Shown here one piece after another: positions 24,440-37,839 of a stretch of DNA of 64,000 nucleotides; the first letter of the stretch is position 1, and the number at the start of each line of letters is the position of its first letter. Location: assembly GCF_000150275.1 (NCBI RefSeq), contig NW_002060947.1:2717740-2781739 (forward strand), in the 5' to 3' direction. This DNA is from Trichoplax adhaerens. Lineage: Eukaryota > Animalia > Placozoa. The translations under genes and the position numbers were made by a program. Below the pieces are notes generated by a model. That model saw nothing but the letters and a program-made list of their open reading frames with translations, made no database searches and was not told where the DNA came from.

Positions 24440-27326
24440 AAATTTGGTGATTTTATTTCACCGCTAGATAGTAATTTTTATTAACAGATCTACAATTAAT
24501 AGCTAAGTGGTCAGTTGAGATTATACATGGACTAGCATTAATTGAATTTTAAAAGTCTCCAACAAAATACAGCTCTAATAGATGAATTCTAAAGTTTCGA
24601 TTATCTGATCTTTTCGGTTATTGCATATGAGATTAATCACGTAGTAATACAAGTCTGTACAATACTGGTGATTATGTTGTTTGAAGTATGTTAAATCGAC
24701 TACTTTCGGTTTGACGGACAAACTGTTAGTGCTGGTATTCTGTATCAATTCTCTTTTGAACATATAAAGAGATACTAGATAATATTAAGTATTATTTTGA
24801 AGGAAAATTTTTGTGGATAGTTATGACTACCGTTTTGACTAAGTCACTCTTAGATATTAGTTTGATATCAGATTTAATAGATGATATAATTACAGCCATA
24901 TAAATTACTACTACTATTTTTATATGATACTGTACGTGTGTAAGCTCAATAAATATTTCAATTGCTAGATAATTCATAACTAGTTTTATAGAATGACTAA
25001 CGGTACCCTTGTAGAAGGCTACCAGGTTTTGACAAAAGTCTGCTAATATAACCCAGAAAAAGGACCATTTATAGCTATTTTCTCACGGTAACGGATCACT
25101 TCTGCAGAAGCGAAGTATGCAAACGTTTTAGCAAACAAAGTGACTACTACAGATCATTTTATTTGGTGTTACCAGTCTTAAAATTGTAAGGTTGTAAGTT
25201 CTGCATCCTTGCTTAATCAGCACTAACAATATATATATACAAGTGTGCCTTCTATATTTATCTTGTCTTATTAATTTAAATATTTCATATTTTAATTTTA
25301 TCGTACTGCACTATATCGTGGTCTGTTTAGAATATGGTATTTACGATTCAATTTGGAAGGAATTAATACAAGATTACATTTTTACTCTACCACTAGGCAT
25401 TTTGATAGATTGTATCTAAGGTTTTATATTCTACCAACTATTAAATATCTCAGTGAGTTAATAATCTGCATACATTACTCATATATATATATAGTGCAAA
25501 CGTCGTCTTCACCTCTAAGGCACTTTGATATGTAATGGTCACGTATAGCTAAATAGAATGCAAGGCTATCTTGCAAAATATCGCAAATTATCATTTATTT
25601 TATCATGCATACTATCACCTTACAATACAAAATTCTTAGCATCAATTATCCATAAAGTAATAATACGAAATAAGCTATACAATGTTGGAGTCTTCAATGA
25701 TTGTAACGATGCGTTGACTTTGCTAAAGCATATTCATAGTTTATTGTGCTAAGCTACTGTATATGTAATAAAACTATAAGTAATATTAATGACAGCCAAC
25801 GTTCGCATTTGATAATATAATTCTTAATGTTATCATATGATGTGGTAGGAAATTACATGTTATCCTACAGAGGAATTAAGTGGTGACGCTGTATTTAAAG
25901 CTTTATAGTACTTAACACCTTTACAAGACAAGCATCATTTCTAAAAAGTGAACGAAGACCGTAAAGTTATAGGACTGATACTATAAAATGATCGTAAATT
26001 TTGAAGGAGGTACTCAGAATAAAACATGACTAGCGAAAATGTTTAAGTTACTATAAAGCTACTAAAATTCTTTTCTGTAACGAAATTAAAGCTGGCAGCA
26101 GATAAATCAAATGAATTTTGGATATGATGATGAACTAAGATCGATTTTACAAGACATATAGCCTATCAGTAGTGTATCAAAAAGCTAAAGAAATTAAACA
26201 GTACAGCTTATAGAAGATTGAAAATATTTGTGCCTAACAGGCCATTAACGATTAACATCTAAAATAAAATTATTTTATTGTCTAATAAAATAGTGAAAAG
26301 AACTATAATACCAGATGATGTATTTATAGGGTACTAAGGGTTGTATAAATCGCTATTACTGTTAGTATACTTTCTATTAAATTTACTTAAAGTATAACTC
26401 ATTAGAATTGAAGAAAAAAATACTAGACTATTCGGTCAATTGATAAAGAATACGGGCAAATTTACTTTTTGGTGCTGTATTTTCTTTTTACTTATTGTAG
26501 CTAAGTCCATCCTGGCGTAACTGAGAGTAAAAGTAAATAGATTTAGATTTAGAAATTTTACGGCTTGTGGGAGATATCGAGTTAAACTATTTCGCTTGAG
26601 ATCAGCGGGAAGTATGAATGATATGAACAAAGTACTGTACGATTGCGTAATATATATATATACGTATAATTATAGGTAACTCATCTTTCATTACTATGAC
26701 AAAATCAAAATACAAATATTGTAAATGGTGTACTCTCACTTGCATAGTAATTACTTTATAAAAAAGTTAAATCTTTCATACGCTTATCATGATTAACAAG
26801 CTAAGGATTATAATTTGTACTGTATTGATCTTATTTTGTAACACCTTAAGATACTTAGAAGCTAATACTTTATAACATTCAGCCAAGATATTACAGAAAT
26901 TGGTAGATATCACAACTGTGCAACAGATCGAATTGATGACGTCGACGATTGCGCAGGAATTAAAAGAGTCAAATGCGATGCAAGCGATGAACTTATTGAT
27001 ATCGATAGTTCTTCCTCTTAAAATTCAGTGTTTTACACGCTCGTAATCATGTAGTCATGCCGTTTGATGTCAACAATAATGCAATGTTTAAGTACCTTTT
27101 GTGGATTGACTGGCTGGATAGCTTAGCTTAGAGCTAAAATGATCGTCATTTAAAAGTCAACGTCATTGAATTACTTATGTTAGATTTTTTATACCTAAAA
27201 TGACATGATAATAGAATAATGTAAGACAGAGTTGTTTAATTGATGTCGTAATGTACAGCAGTACTTAGAAATCTTGTATAAAACTAGGCTAAAATAAATC
27301 TACGCAATTTTTAACTAGTACTAAAG

Positions 27327-28550
27327 TTAGTTTCTTACCGCTGAGAGATACTCGAGAGATTCTTGAATCCTTACTACCTTTTGTCGAGGTAGTTTATCGA
27401 GTTGACCGTCTTTTTGTTCATTATTACCCCGACTATCTAGACGTCTATGATTTTGATAATTTTCTTGATTTCCGCTATTTTCGAAATTACCGATAGATGA
27501 TACATTTATTTCTCTGGTATGTGCCGATTTTCCTTCATGAACAGAAAAGACTGTTCCCTGTCCAGTTTGCAAACGATGTCTAAAGACTTCTTCCCTACCA
27601 ATGCATTGATAAAAGTAACGTAGCAACTCCATTTTCATTGGTACGTTAAAATAGCTATACATGACAGGATGTATTAAGGGATATGAATACGCTAAGAAAC
27701 GAAATATTAATGCATACGTAACCAAAGGAACAAAACTTATGTCGGATGAAGGTACTAATGCAATAACTAAGGAAGCAACAATTGATAATACAGCAAATGG
27801 CAACCACATGATAACGAATACACCAATCAATACGACCATTTGGATGATGGCTTTATAGTTTCTGTTGACCTTCTTCTTTATAGTTTTACTGTCTTTACCA
27901 GCATACAGCTCTTTAGTGTGTGATTTAATTACAAAAAAAATTCTGGTATAGACGATGATAACAACACTTAAAGGTATGAAAAATAGGACAGCCGAGGTGG
28001 CAGTTGCAGAAATAGCGTCGGCTAAAGCAAGACTTTGACCGAATTCGTAATCGTACGTGCAATTTTCAAGATTAATTTTTCGATAAGTAACTAATGTCAA
28101 GATCGATACAACCGGCAATATCCAAATTAACGTTAACATGATGCCAGTTGTTTTTCTGGTAACCAGCCGTTTGTAATTGTACGGATACATTACAAAAATG
28201 TAGCGATCAGCACTTATCAAGCATAGATGGAGGTTAAAATTAGCCATAAAGAATATATTACCGGAGGGAGAAAAAGTACAGATTATTGCATAGACTGATC
28301 GAGGTATATTGGGAAAATAATTAATAAATTCAACTAATATACTGTTCCATATAGCAAATAAGATACAGATTACGAAAGAGCTGCAAAAAATTGTGTAGGT
28401 TTGCCCTTTTAATCGATGACGTGAAGCGATTATCAATGCTAAAATTGCGGCATTAGTTGCGATGGTTAAAATGCCGATAATAAACCAAATTGCTTGTGAT
28501 ACAGGTACCGGAATGGATGGTAACACTATGGGCGCTGAAGAGTTGGACAT
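27327..28550 (-). CDS. Orphan rhodopsin-class (class A) GPCR, intronless CDS, 407 aa
   Basis: Seven hydrophobic segments with N1.50 (IATN), C3.25, SADRY, W4.50 (LIWILP), FFIP5.50..Y, FVIMWLPF and HPVMY (NPxxY variant). N-terminal NSS sequon. Confidence 0.93.
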   Translation of the reverse strand: MSNSSAPIVLPSIPVPVSQAIWFIIGILTIATNAAILALIIASRHRLKGQTYTIFCSSFVICILFAIWNSILVEFINYFPNIPRSVYAIICTFSPSGNIFFMANFNLHLCLISADRYIFVMYPYNYKRLVTRKTTGIMLTLIWILPVVSILTLVTYRKINLENCTYDYEFGQSLALADAISATATSAVLFFIPLSVVIIVYTRIFFVIKSHTKELYAGKDSKTIKKKVNRNYKAIIQMVVLIGVFVIMWLPFAVLSIVASLVIALVPSSDISFVPLVTYALIFRFLAYSYPLIHPVMYSYFNVPMKMELLRYFYQCIGREEVFRHRLQTGQGTVFSVHEGKSAHTREINVSSIGNFENSGNQENYQNHRRLDSRGNNEQKDGQLDKLPRQKVVRIQESLEYLSAVRN

Positions 28551-31500
28551 GATAATTCAATCGGGAAGAAGCTATTTAGAATGATTGACTGTAATATCTT
28601 GTTGATTTCTAGAAATAAAGTTTAAAATCTGCCAAGGAGTAAACTGTTTCTTGTAGACAAAAGAGTATTACCTTGATTATTAATACATCTACTGCTTAAA
28701 ATAGACTATCAACACCTTTTTTCGATGGTTAATATAATCCTTAAACTTGGTCTTCAGGTGTCAGTAACGATCAATAGAATTAAAATGTTTCTTTTTTAAT
28801 TTACGATACAGTGATAAATGATATTAATAAGGAGATCTTTAATTTCTGGTCTTCAGAGATTGTACGCGTATTATTGGGATGGAACAGTCTAATAATGTGA
28901 ATTAAATGTAACCAAAGAGTATATCAGACGTTGTAAAATATGAATTAACAGAGCTCTTTGCGCAAATACAGCAGTCAGTATATTGTAGAAGAGGATCTCT
29001 TACTAGCCAAGAGAATCAGCTATTTGCTGGGTACTGACCATATCGATTGTAGAATTTCTTGATTGATTTCGTTTATGATTCACCTAAATAAACAATATAA
29101 AATGAACGAATAACAAACATCAGCCACTACTTACTCGAAACATTATAGCAAAATCATTCGTTACTGATTTTAAAATTAAGTACCAAGCGAGTTTTCGATG
29201 TTGAAGTATCACTTTCTAGATTAAATTGCTGTTGCATGTTACTACTTTATAGAAACCTTACACGAGAATACTACATTACTGACGCGTACATTTTAATAAC
29301 CTGGTAATAAAATAATTATAAACTAGAATAATTTACAGTATACATTAAAGATGGCTGATTTGGTAAGCTTAGCCAAGTAAGAAATAATTAATAAGGAATT
29401 ACAACGCAGTATGATTTAATTAGAAATCTGCCAATGAATATTTAGAAAACAAAAAGTTCACAACTATGCAGACCTCTTAAACTGCACACGACTAATTAAA
29501 TAATGCTTAATCAACGATAGTTAGTGTAGCATATTCTCTATTGGCAAGACGATAATTGAATTTAAATTAGTCCATGTATTACTGGAAAGCACAGTATCAT
29601 ATTTTACAGACGATCAAGTCTATTTTAAGTATAAATCAAAGCATATTAACCAATTCACTTCAATGCAAAGTAGATCTGATAGATTAATAGATAAAATAGA
29701 TCAAGCAAGATTAGGACTGTCTAAATTAGACAATGTATAGGGAATTAATAAATCAGAAATGAAGGAAAGACAAATAAATAAAATTGTAGGATGGAAGTAA
29801 ATGAAGAAAATATCCATGAGTACAATAAAAAAATCTACCTATTATTGTTTCTTTTACATGTATTTAATCAGTAGAAAGCGATGATTAAATTGATGAGTGT
29901 ATTCAATATGATGAGATTAAACTTATTTCTGTTACCTGGCGGCCATCAGAATTTACTGAAACTTTAAAGTAACTTAACTACTTTATGTAGTAATATGTTT
30001 TGGCTGAAGATTACTAATATGATCACCTGAGAAATTGAAATGAGAGACTGTTGCGATACATCCTTTTACGAAATATCTCAATAGAAAATACATGGAAATT
30101 TGGAACAGAAAAGCCGTTAAGTTAAGGCTGGAAAGTTTGAAATAATAAAATACATGAAGTCATAATTGTTCTGGTCAACATATTCGTCGAATAACAAATA
30201 ATAACCCTGCTCTATTTGATAATATGTGCCGAGAATGATTATCAGCTATCGGAGGGTAACTAACTTTTAACTGTGAATACGGTAGTGATAGATTTGCTAA
30301 AGTCTAGCTGGCACTTTTGTTCGGAAGGAATTCAATATTTATTTGTACTCATTTAGCTATACTTGTACATGTAAAGATCGATCAAACAGAATATAATAAA
30401 GTGAATAAGATTTAAAAATACCTGTGCGTAAATAAGATAGACAAGCTGCATTATTTATTTACCGTCTACTGTACTACTGACGCACGATAAGGTACAGAAC
30501 TAAATTAAAAGTGAGTCTTTCACAAAGTTAAACTGCATTATTAGAGAAGTTCGTGGGGTTTTGTTATTTTATTTCATTATATATTTATGAGTTATCTTAT
30601 TATGGATAAAATTTTGTAATTTCTTGATCTGTTAGCTAATTAATAATTAGTATTTCAGAGAAATTTTTTACAAAAACGGAACATTCATGAAAGCTTGAGA
30701 ATAATTATAATACAGACGGTTACCTAAAAAAGTTATTACAATTTAGGTGGTGCCAGTTAATGACGTAAAAGGAATATTTCCCTATAATTAATTTTCTAAA
30801 GTTGTATTGAATGTCACTAAAGTACTGCAGTAATAGGGATAGGTGTCAAGCATGCATGTCAGACCGCTTACTAAGTGATGTATTGAATTAATCACAAGAA
30901 AGTCGAAAAAATTGATTATATTGTAATAGAGTCAAAAGTAAAAAACATGACCCCATTTCAAGTATATGATCATCGAAATGGTTGTATGTCATCTAAATGA
31001 GTCTATCCAATAAAACTGACTATGTAATCCGATTGCGTGAGAAAAATAAAATTCGATCATCTTTGTAAAAATTTCAACGTCTTTCAGAAAATAGAAGTAG
31101 ATGCACGCTGAGGTAGCTACATAAGTCAATGAATCAGTTCATCATCAATTTAGATAGCGAAAAGAATGGCTGCTCGTGTACAATTTTAATGCCCTTGTAG
31201 TAAAGGAATCGAGTTGGCAACCGAAAAAATTTCACTTACGAATGAATCGGTGACTTCAGCAGCTTAATACGATAGATATTAAATTGATCCAATTTTTCAG
31301 TGTCAGTAAAAGTTAAAGTCAAGGTTTGTAACTGAACGCAAATTGATGGTTACTTGCTTTATAAGAAAGAAATTGATGTTAAAAATTAATTTGTAAGTAA
31401 ATTAGTGTAAGCCGTTTGATGATTATTGTACGAGTATACATCGTGCAATGTATTAGCGTAACTTAAACATGACAATCGCTCATTTGTCATAAAAATATAA

Positions 31501-34500
31501 AGGACAGAAAATATGTAAACATTGCATTGTTAATCAAATTTATTTTTGATTACTTTGCAAGTAAAATAGTGACCGTCCGACTATTGTCAATAGATCAAAA
31601 ATAATAGTTTTACTATACAAAGATCACCTAGCTACGTCGTTAAACTAAATTCTTCCTACTGTGCTGAATAATTCAGATACAAAGTAACGAGTTGTTTATT
31701 GTAATTTAATACAAGCTACCAACAGTCACCATTTAGAGAAAAGTTATTAAAACGATCGGTGATAAAAATAGCACAAACAAACAATCGTACTGATACTATC
31801 CACTGTGCTATGTTTAAATCATATGAGTACTTCTAAGTTCGTAAAAGTCGTACGCTGTTAAGGTAAACTAAGTGTATATTTTTCAATGTTGATCAGTAGT
31901 TTTATAGATGACTGAGAAAGTAAGAGAGGGAGAGATTAAACTTGCCTACCTCATTTTCGTAAATTACAGCAGAAGAAAGGCAGAATGTTATTTTTAATAT
32001 CTAGTTATGGTTCTTTAAGAACACGATGAAGCGAATAACGAAATTTGAGCTCATTAAATATTCACATTCAATAATGATGACTAATTATTATTACCACTAT
32101 GATAGATCTGAGAGATTACTGCAATTTAGATCGAAATAATGCAACAATATAGCCTTTATATCATGACGAGTGCTTTTATGGAGGCTCAATCGGCGAATTT
32201 AATAGAAATAGTAAACAATATCGAAATAAGAGGATGATTGAACTGAGCTGGAATAAAACTTAATTAAATGGAATACTACGTTACTCCACCCTATTACTAA
32301 TTTAGTAACACAGTACACAATAAAAATAATTTGAATAAGAGTTTAATACTGTTGTCAAGGTATGGTACCAGTAGCGTTGCGTTTTGTATAATTAGTGTTG
32401 CTTGCCCTAGGCCATGTGCATTATTGATTCTTAGTGTCAGTATTGCCAGAAAATATTTAATTCATCACTTGTTAAAATCTAATAATTCATATAGGCGTCA
32501 CATAACATCCAAATTTAATACTTTTTAAGACGGAATTGATATCGATACATTTGACAATGAGATACTTAACACGCTTATAGAGATAGGCTAAAACCGATGT
32601 TTATTACATAGCATGTTTTTAGCGAATATGCAACAATCCCTGCTTTTTTTTCTACTCATTTTCTTGCAAGAGATCTTATTAGGCTTAATTGGTAACAAAC
32701 GTATCACGATAGGCAAAATTATTCTTAAGGATCATTTGTTAAGTCCCTCAACTAATAAAAAGTGTGATACTTGATGCAAGCTTTGAAAAAACCTATGAAG
32801 TCCTAGCCATATCGATTATGTATATTTTTCGAAAGACGATACTAGATCATAAATATGTGCGTAAAGACAAAAAAACACCTTAGATAATTTTAATAAATAA
32901 AAAATATTCATGGGATCGCCTTTCTACAGATAGGCTATTGCCGTGTTCTACTACAAATTATTTAATTCTTGATCTATTGCAATTAGTACTAATTGATATC
33001 AAAGGTTACAAAGATGCATTTAGCAGTATCTGTTACTAAATAATCAGTAGTATTTTTTCCAAACTGACTCTAACGGATGAGTTTTCATGATAAATGCTGT
33101 TATATGATCAAGATAGATGATCATGAGCATACTCAGCAATTACTAAATGATATTTGAACTCTGATTCGTAAGGTACTTGTTTTAAATCTCGTACGCATAT
33201 ACAATTTGTAGTAGTTCATCTTATGTTATTACGGATGGCGAACCCCAGGTAAAGATTACAGTAGCAAGAGTTTACTGCTGTTTGAATTACTTCTATAAGA
33301 AGGAAATTTTAATCTGCTGTGTAATAAACATGACCTATCTTTTCATTCTCTAAAGAAGTTTAATATGTTTTGTTGATGGCATATGGAAAGATAAGATATG
33401 GTTACTGTAGTGATTACATTCACAATTAATATCGATTTCCCTGAAACAATATTATACTGGCAAAAAACACTTTGATCAGTTCTAGGAATGGTTTTCCACC
33501 ATAATAATAAGCCTATATTGAAATATCAGAATCAGTACATGATTGATTTCTTGGTTTTCTTTTTTAACAATCTTCTATGTTAAGAAACAAAGCAAAACAT
33601 AAATGGTTGTGAATGAGCATCAACAAATAAATGCTAGAATAATAGATTATTACTTAAAATGACTACTTATAACTTGTATTTGCAACACCAATATCCGCAT
33701 GATTATAAGAATGACAGTACGATATTATTCTTAGAATCGCACCCATATTGTTCTGCACGTACTGTGGCCTCTATCAATAAATTATTTATATCTTTTCTCG
33801 CAATAAATAATATATACGTACTGTATATGTATATGCACTGTACTGTATATCTTAATGGGAGAGACGGAATAATATTTCGAGTGAGGTACAGTATTAGAGA
33901 TACTAATTGAAGGCAAAATACTCGATTTCTCAGCAACGTTGTGCTGCTTTATTTTTCTCTGCTTGTAGTATTAACAATAGCTTGCAAATATGAAATAACT
34001 CGTAGATTGATTTCGTAACTTATTCTGCGTAGCGTATTAAGTACAAAAAAAAAATGCTGCTTACAATTGTTCTTATGCCATTATATTGCTGGCCTATCGG
34101 GACGAATATTAATTGTATCTAATAAATATCCTATGCTCCTTTGTTTACCATGTAGTATATTTAGTAAACAGGTTTTTTTATTGCAATTTTATTTTTGCAT
34201 AGCGCAACATACGATTACAAAACTCATACGGCTGAATTTCGATTTAATAATAACCATCGATAATGATAGTCTTAAATCACTGTAGATTAATATTAAGACA
34301 GGCTCTTATTCATTTCTTAATTTACTACTGGAATAGTATGTGACCTATTGTATTCCTTTAGTTTCATGCTTGAGCTGCTGTAAGCAATGACTATAAAGAC
34401 ATCAGATCTTAAATCCTTTCAAAGTAAGTACTATACTATAATTAATATTAATTGCGTTAAAAACTTAAACATTGAGATTCTAAATTTCTGTTTTAGTACG

Positions 34501-37500
34501 TGGAATAATATCTTAATTTGGGCAAAATCTGTACGAATTTGAAATACTGTCAGTGCCTACTTCTAATGTCAAAATTTTAAAGACTATAGAATTTCTAGAG
34601 CTTAATATAGATTTTAAGCTGTTGATATAACCATGATATAGTAATACTATATGTTGCATTGGTTACTTTAGCTGTAATTACAGACTACTAAAAAAGAGGC
34701 GTCGGTTTTTGATAGCTCCATCTTTTTGCACATGTTTATAACGTTGAAGTAAATCACGTAGTTTAATTAAAACAATAACTACAACACAATCAGCATTTGT
34801 GAATTTAAATTACTATAAGTTAATTGCATAACCTAATTTTGCAATGACCGTATGCTGTAGAAAATCACTATACGAATAAGAATTATTCTGTATCGCTGTT
34901 GTTATGAATAGGTGGTCGAAATTCGATTATAGAGTTTTATAAACAAGGTATATTTAGAACATAGTTTAGTAACACACGAACATCAAATGCTCGATTATAT
35001 TTATATAGGAGCTATCTAATTGATTATATGACAGATATTAAATGGATACTTCATAATACACGTATATAGATTTGGATTGATCTAATATTCCAGTACAATT
35101 TTTAACTACTACTTCAGAATTGCTTTCTGCATATATTTAAATACACCTAAGCTTACTGCTGTAGTCAAGAACTAAACACATCGTAGACGAGTATTGTGTT
35201 GCATTGCATTGCATGTTCAAGACATCAATTCTTCTAAAATGTGCTGTCATATTAGTGTACTGCAAAAGAGCGTCGATTTCGTTAAAACAGGGAAGTTTCT
35301 GTTTTCATCCCTGTACAATAAATGTGTTTATGTGTACAACGTAAAGTTGTAAAAGTACCTATTCCGCAATGCACTAATTCTGAAAAGTATGCTCAGTCAT
35401 ATTTCTATAAAACTATCATTTGTATCAACGTAAGATAACGACACAGGTAAGTAGCAAATTATACGCATTACTTTTTTCTAAATTTATACATGTACGGTAA
35501 ATCATTCCTTTCGTATCATTTCAATTACAGAGAAGAATCTTATCTGAAGTAATATTGAAATTTGTCTAGTATGAATCTTTGGTCACTCTGATATAAGTTC
35601 AGGTTTGCATGAAAGATCATCGCACGTCACAAAATAATAATGAATAGGTTAATGCAGTATACAGATTATAAAATGTACTTCGATCACATTTTAGAAATAT
35701 TGTTACGCTACCTTTGCTTATCACATACGGCTGATAAATCAAGAAATATTTATGCAGTGAAGAACCGGAAAATAGGTTGTGTGTGTAAGTGCTTTCAGCT
35801 TGCTTAAAATGGAACAAATAAAGTACATTGGTGATAATGCTACAAAGACAGATAGTGATTTATGGCGAACGAATTAAAGATAGTCATTTAATATTATGTA
35901 AGACATCACCAGACAAGATATATATATATAATAGTAAATGTTTTTCTGGTACTCGTTTACTCCAATTTATATTAAAGCTATAATAACCTCATAGTGAGAT
36001 ATCTAATAGAAATTGTGTCTACGAGAGAGTTAAAGTAAAAAATAGTTATTCATTATGAGGGTTATGAGGTCACTGTTTCACTGAAGTAATAAACTATAAT
36101 CCTTTTGATACAAAATCGGTAGTGTAATGAAATTTAATTTTGGACATGTCAGAAGATACTTTTATTATAACGCACTAAGTTTTTATTATTTGTTGGGCTT
36201 TCTAATATAGTTCTTTAAGTTAATGTAGCATTCGATGGAAAATATTAGCTGTTTTGACGTACGTATAACTAAAGTGATTATTTAATATTTACGGTTATAG
36301 TATTCGTTAGCGAGAATTAGTTGCAGTTAATCATCAAATTATCCTTGAAATGTGGTCTAAGAAAGGGTTACTTACTTGAAGTTGAGCCAGTACTTTGCCG
36401 ACAGAAATCTTATCGCGTATTGATTTAACTCTGGCAATTTTTTCCAAGCTAGTACGTTGAATAAGGCTAGCTGTAGCTTACTTATGAATTGCACGAGCTT
36501 ATTGAAATGCCAAGAGGTTAGTTAAAATAATCGGTTCCTGCAATGGAAAATGCAAAGTTTATATACAAGTTTTTTTAACTACTCGCATCATAATAACAGA
36601 TCCGCAGCTGTTAATGCTATATATCATTAATGAGATTATTTTTCTATTTAAAATGAAATTTTATAAATGTTGATCAGTCTAAATGACTCACTTTCTTTCT
36701 GTTCGTTATTGTCATTTCATCGTTTACTACTGTTTAATAATTTATTATGAAATAGATGTAACAAAGTTTCAATTAGACTGTTACATATTTAGTGCTGATG
36801 TTGTTATAAATATTTAACTTATTCAACTACTAATCGTGACAACACTTGTCTTTATTTAGTTATTTTATCGATAAGATCATAGAGTATTGTCTTTACGATT
36901 GTGCACATAAAATTTTACTTTCAGTAACATCAAGTTTTCAAGTGAATCATCAATACAATAAACTATAGATTATTGTATTACATTATATGGGATATAAATC
37001 ATCAATTAACTCTTTCTTCTGCTAGCGTCTTAAATAAGAATATTATTTTTTTAACTTTACTTTCATTCCGATTTATCTTTCGGTCTCCGATTACTTATTA
37101 CACTACTAACTATTACTGCACTGAACTATTGCGTACGTAGAATCATAAAAGAGACTTAAATTCGGTACGTTTTATTATATACGGTAGTGTACGGCTACAT
37201 GTACTGATATAATGGGAGTGATATATAAAAACGAAAGCTTATGAAATATATCATTTATAAAACAGCTTTGCATGGTAGCTAAGCAAAAATCTCACGTTCT
37301 TAGTAATATTAATTCAGCATATACGAAAGCTGACATACAGTATTGTGACTTCTAATAAAGATATTTATGATCGATCAAATTGCTCATTGGTTATACTCTG
37401 AGAAATTAAAATAAATTAATATTGCACTATAGGCTACAGAAAATTTTCACTCATTCATCGAAATTTATGTCGAGTTATAAATTGTTATAGAGTTACCGAG

Positions 37501-37816
37501 ATAATTTATATTTCCAGCTCGCGATTGCAGTACTAAAAGGACAAATCTAATAAAATAAGCAGCTTCAAGCTTATGGTAGTGTACGAACAACGTACTGAAA
37601 TTGTTATAGTAACATTATATACGAATACAACAGCTGTTATGTATAAGTCGTTTCATCTTTAGTGATATAATCAATGGTCTAGTAATATCTAGATAAAATA
37701 CTAAATAGTTTATTATGTAATCGCGTGTCTGTATATCTGCATTTTAAGTGTTTTAACATGAATCAGTTCAAACCAGGGACTACTCAATCAAAGATTGTTT
37801 CCCCTGCCCTAGAAAG

Positions 37817-37839
37817 AGAAGAAGGGAGTCCCTTCTTCT
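37817..37839. repeat. Perfect 11-bp inverted repeat AGAAGAAGGGA-G-TCCCTTCTTCT
   Basis: Read directly. Confidence 0.9.

Noticed and set aside
34067-34285. Hydrophobic short ORFs in the desert (also 33659-33936, 38918-39172, 42518-43083)
   Set aside because: No recognisable motif or splice context, and composition is typical of AT-rich non-coding DNA.
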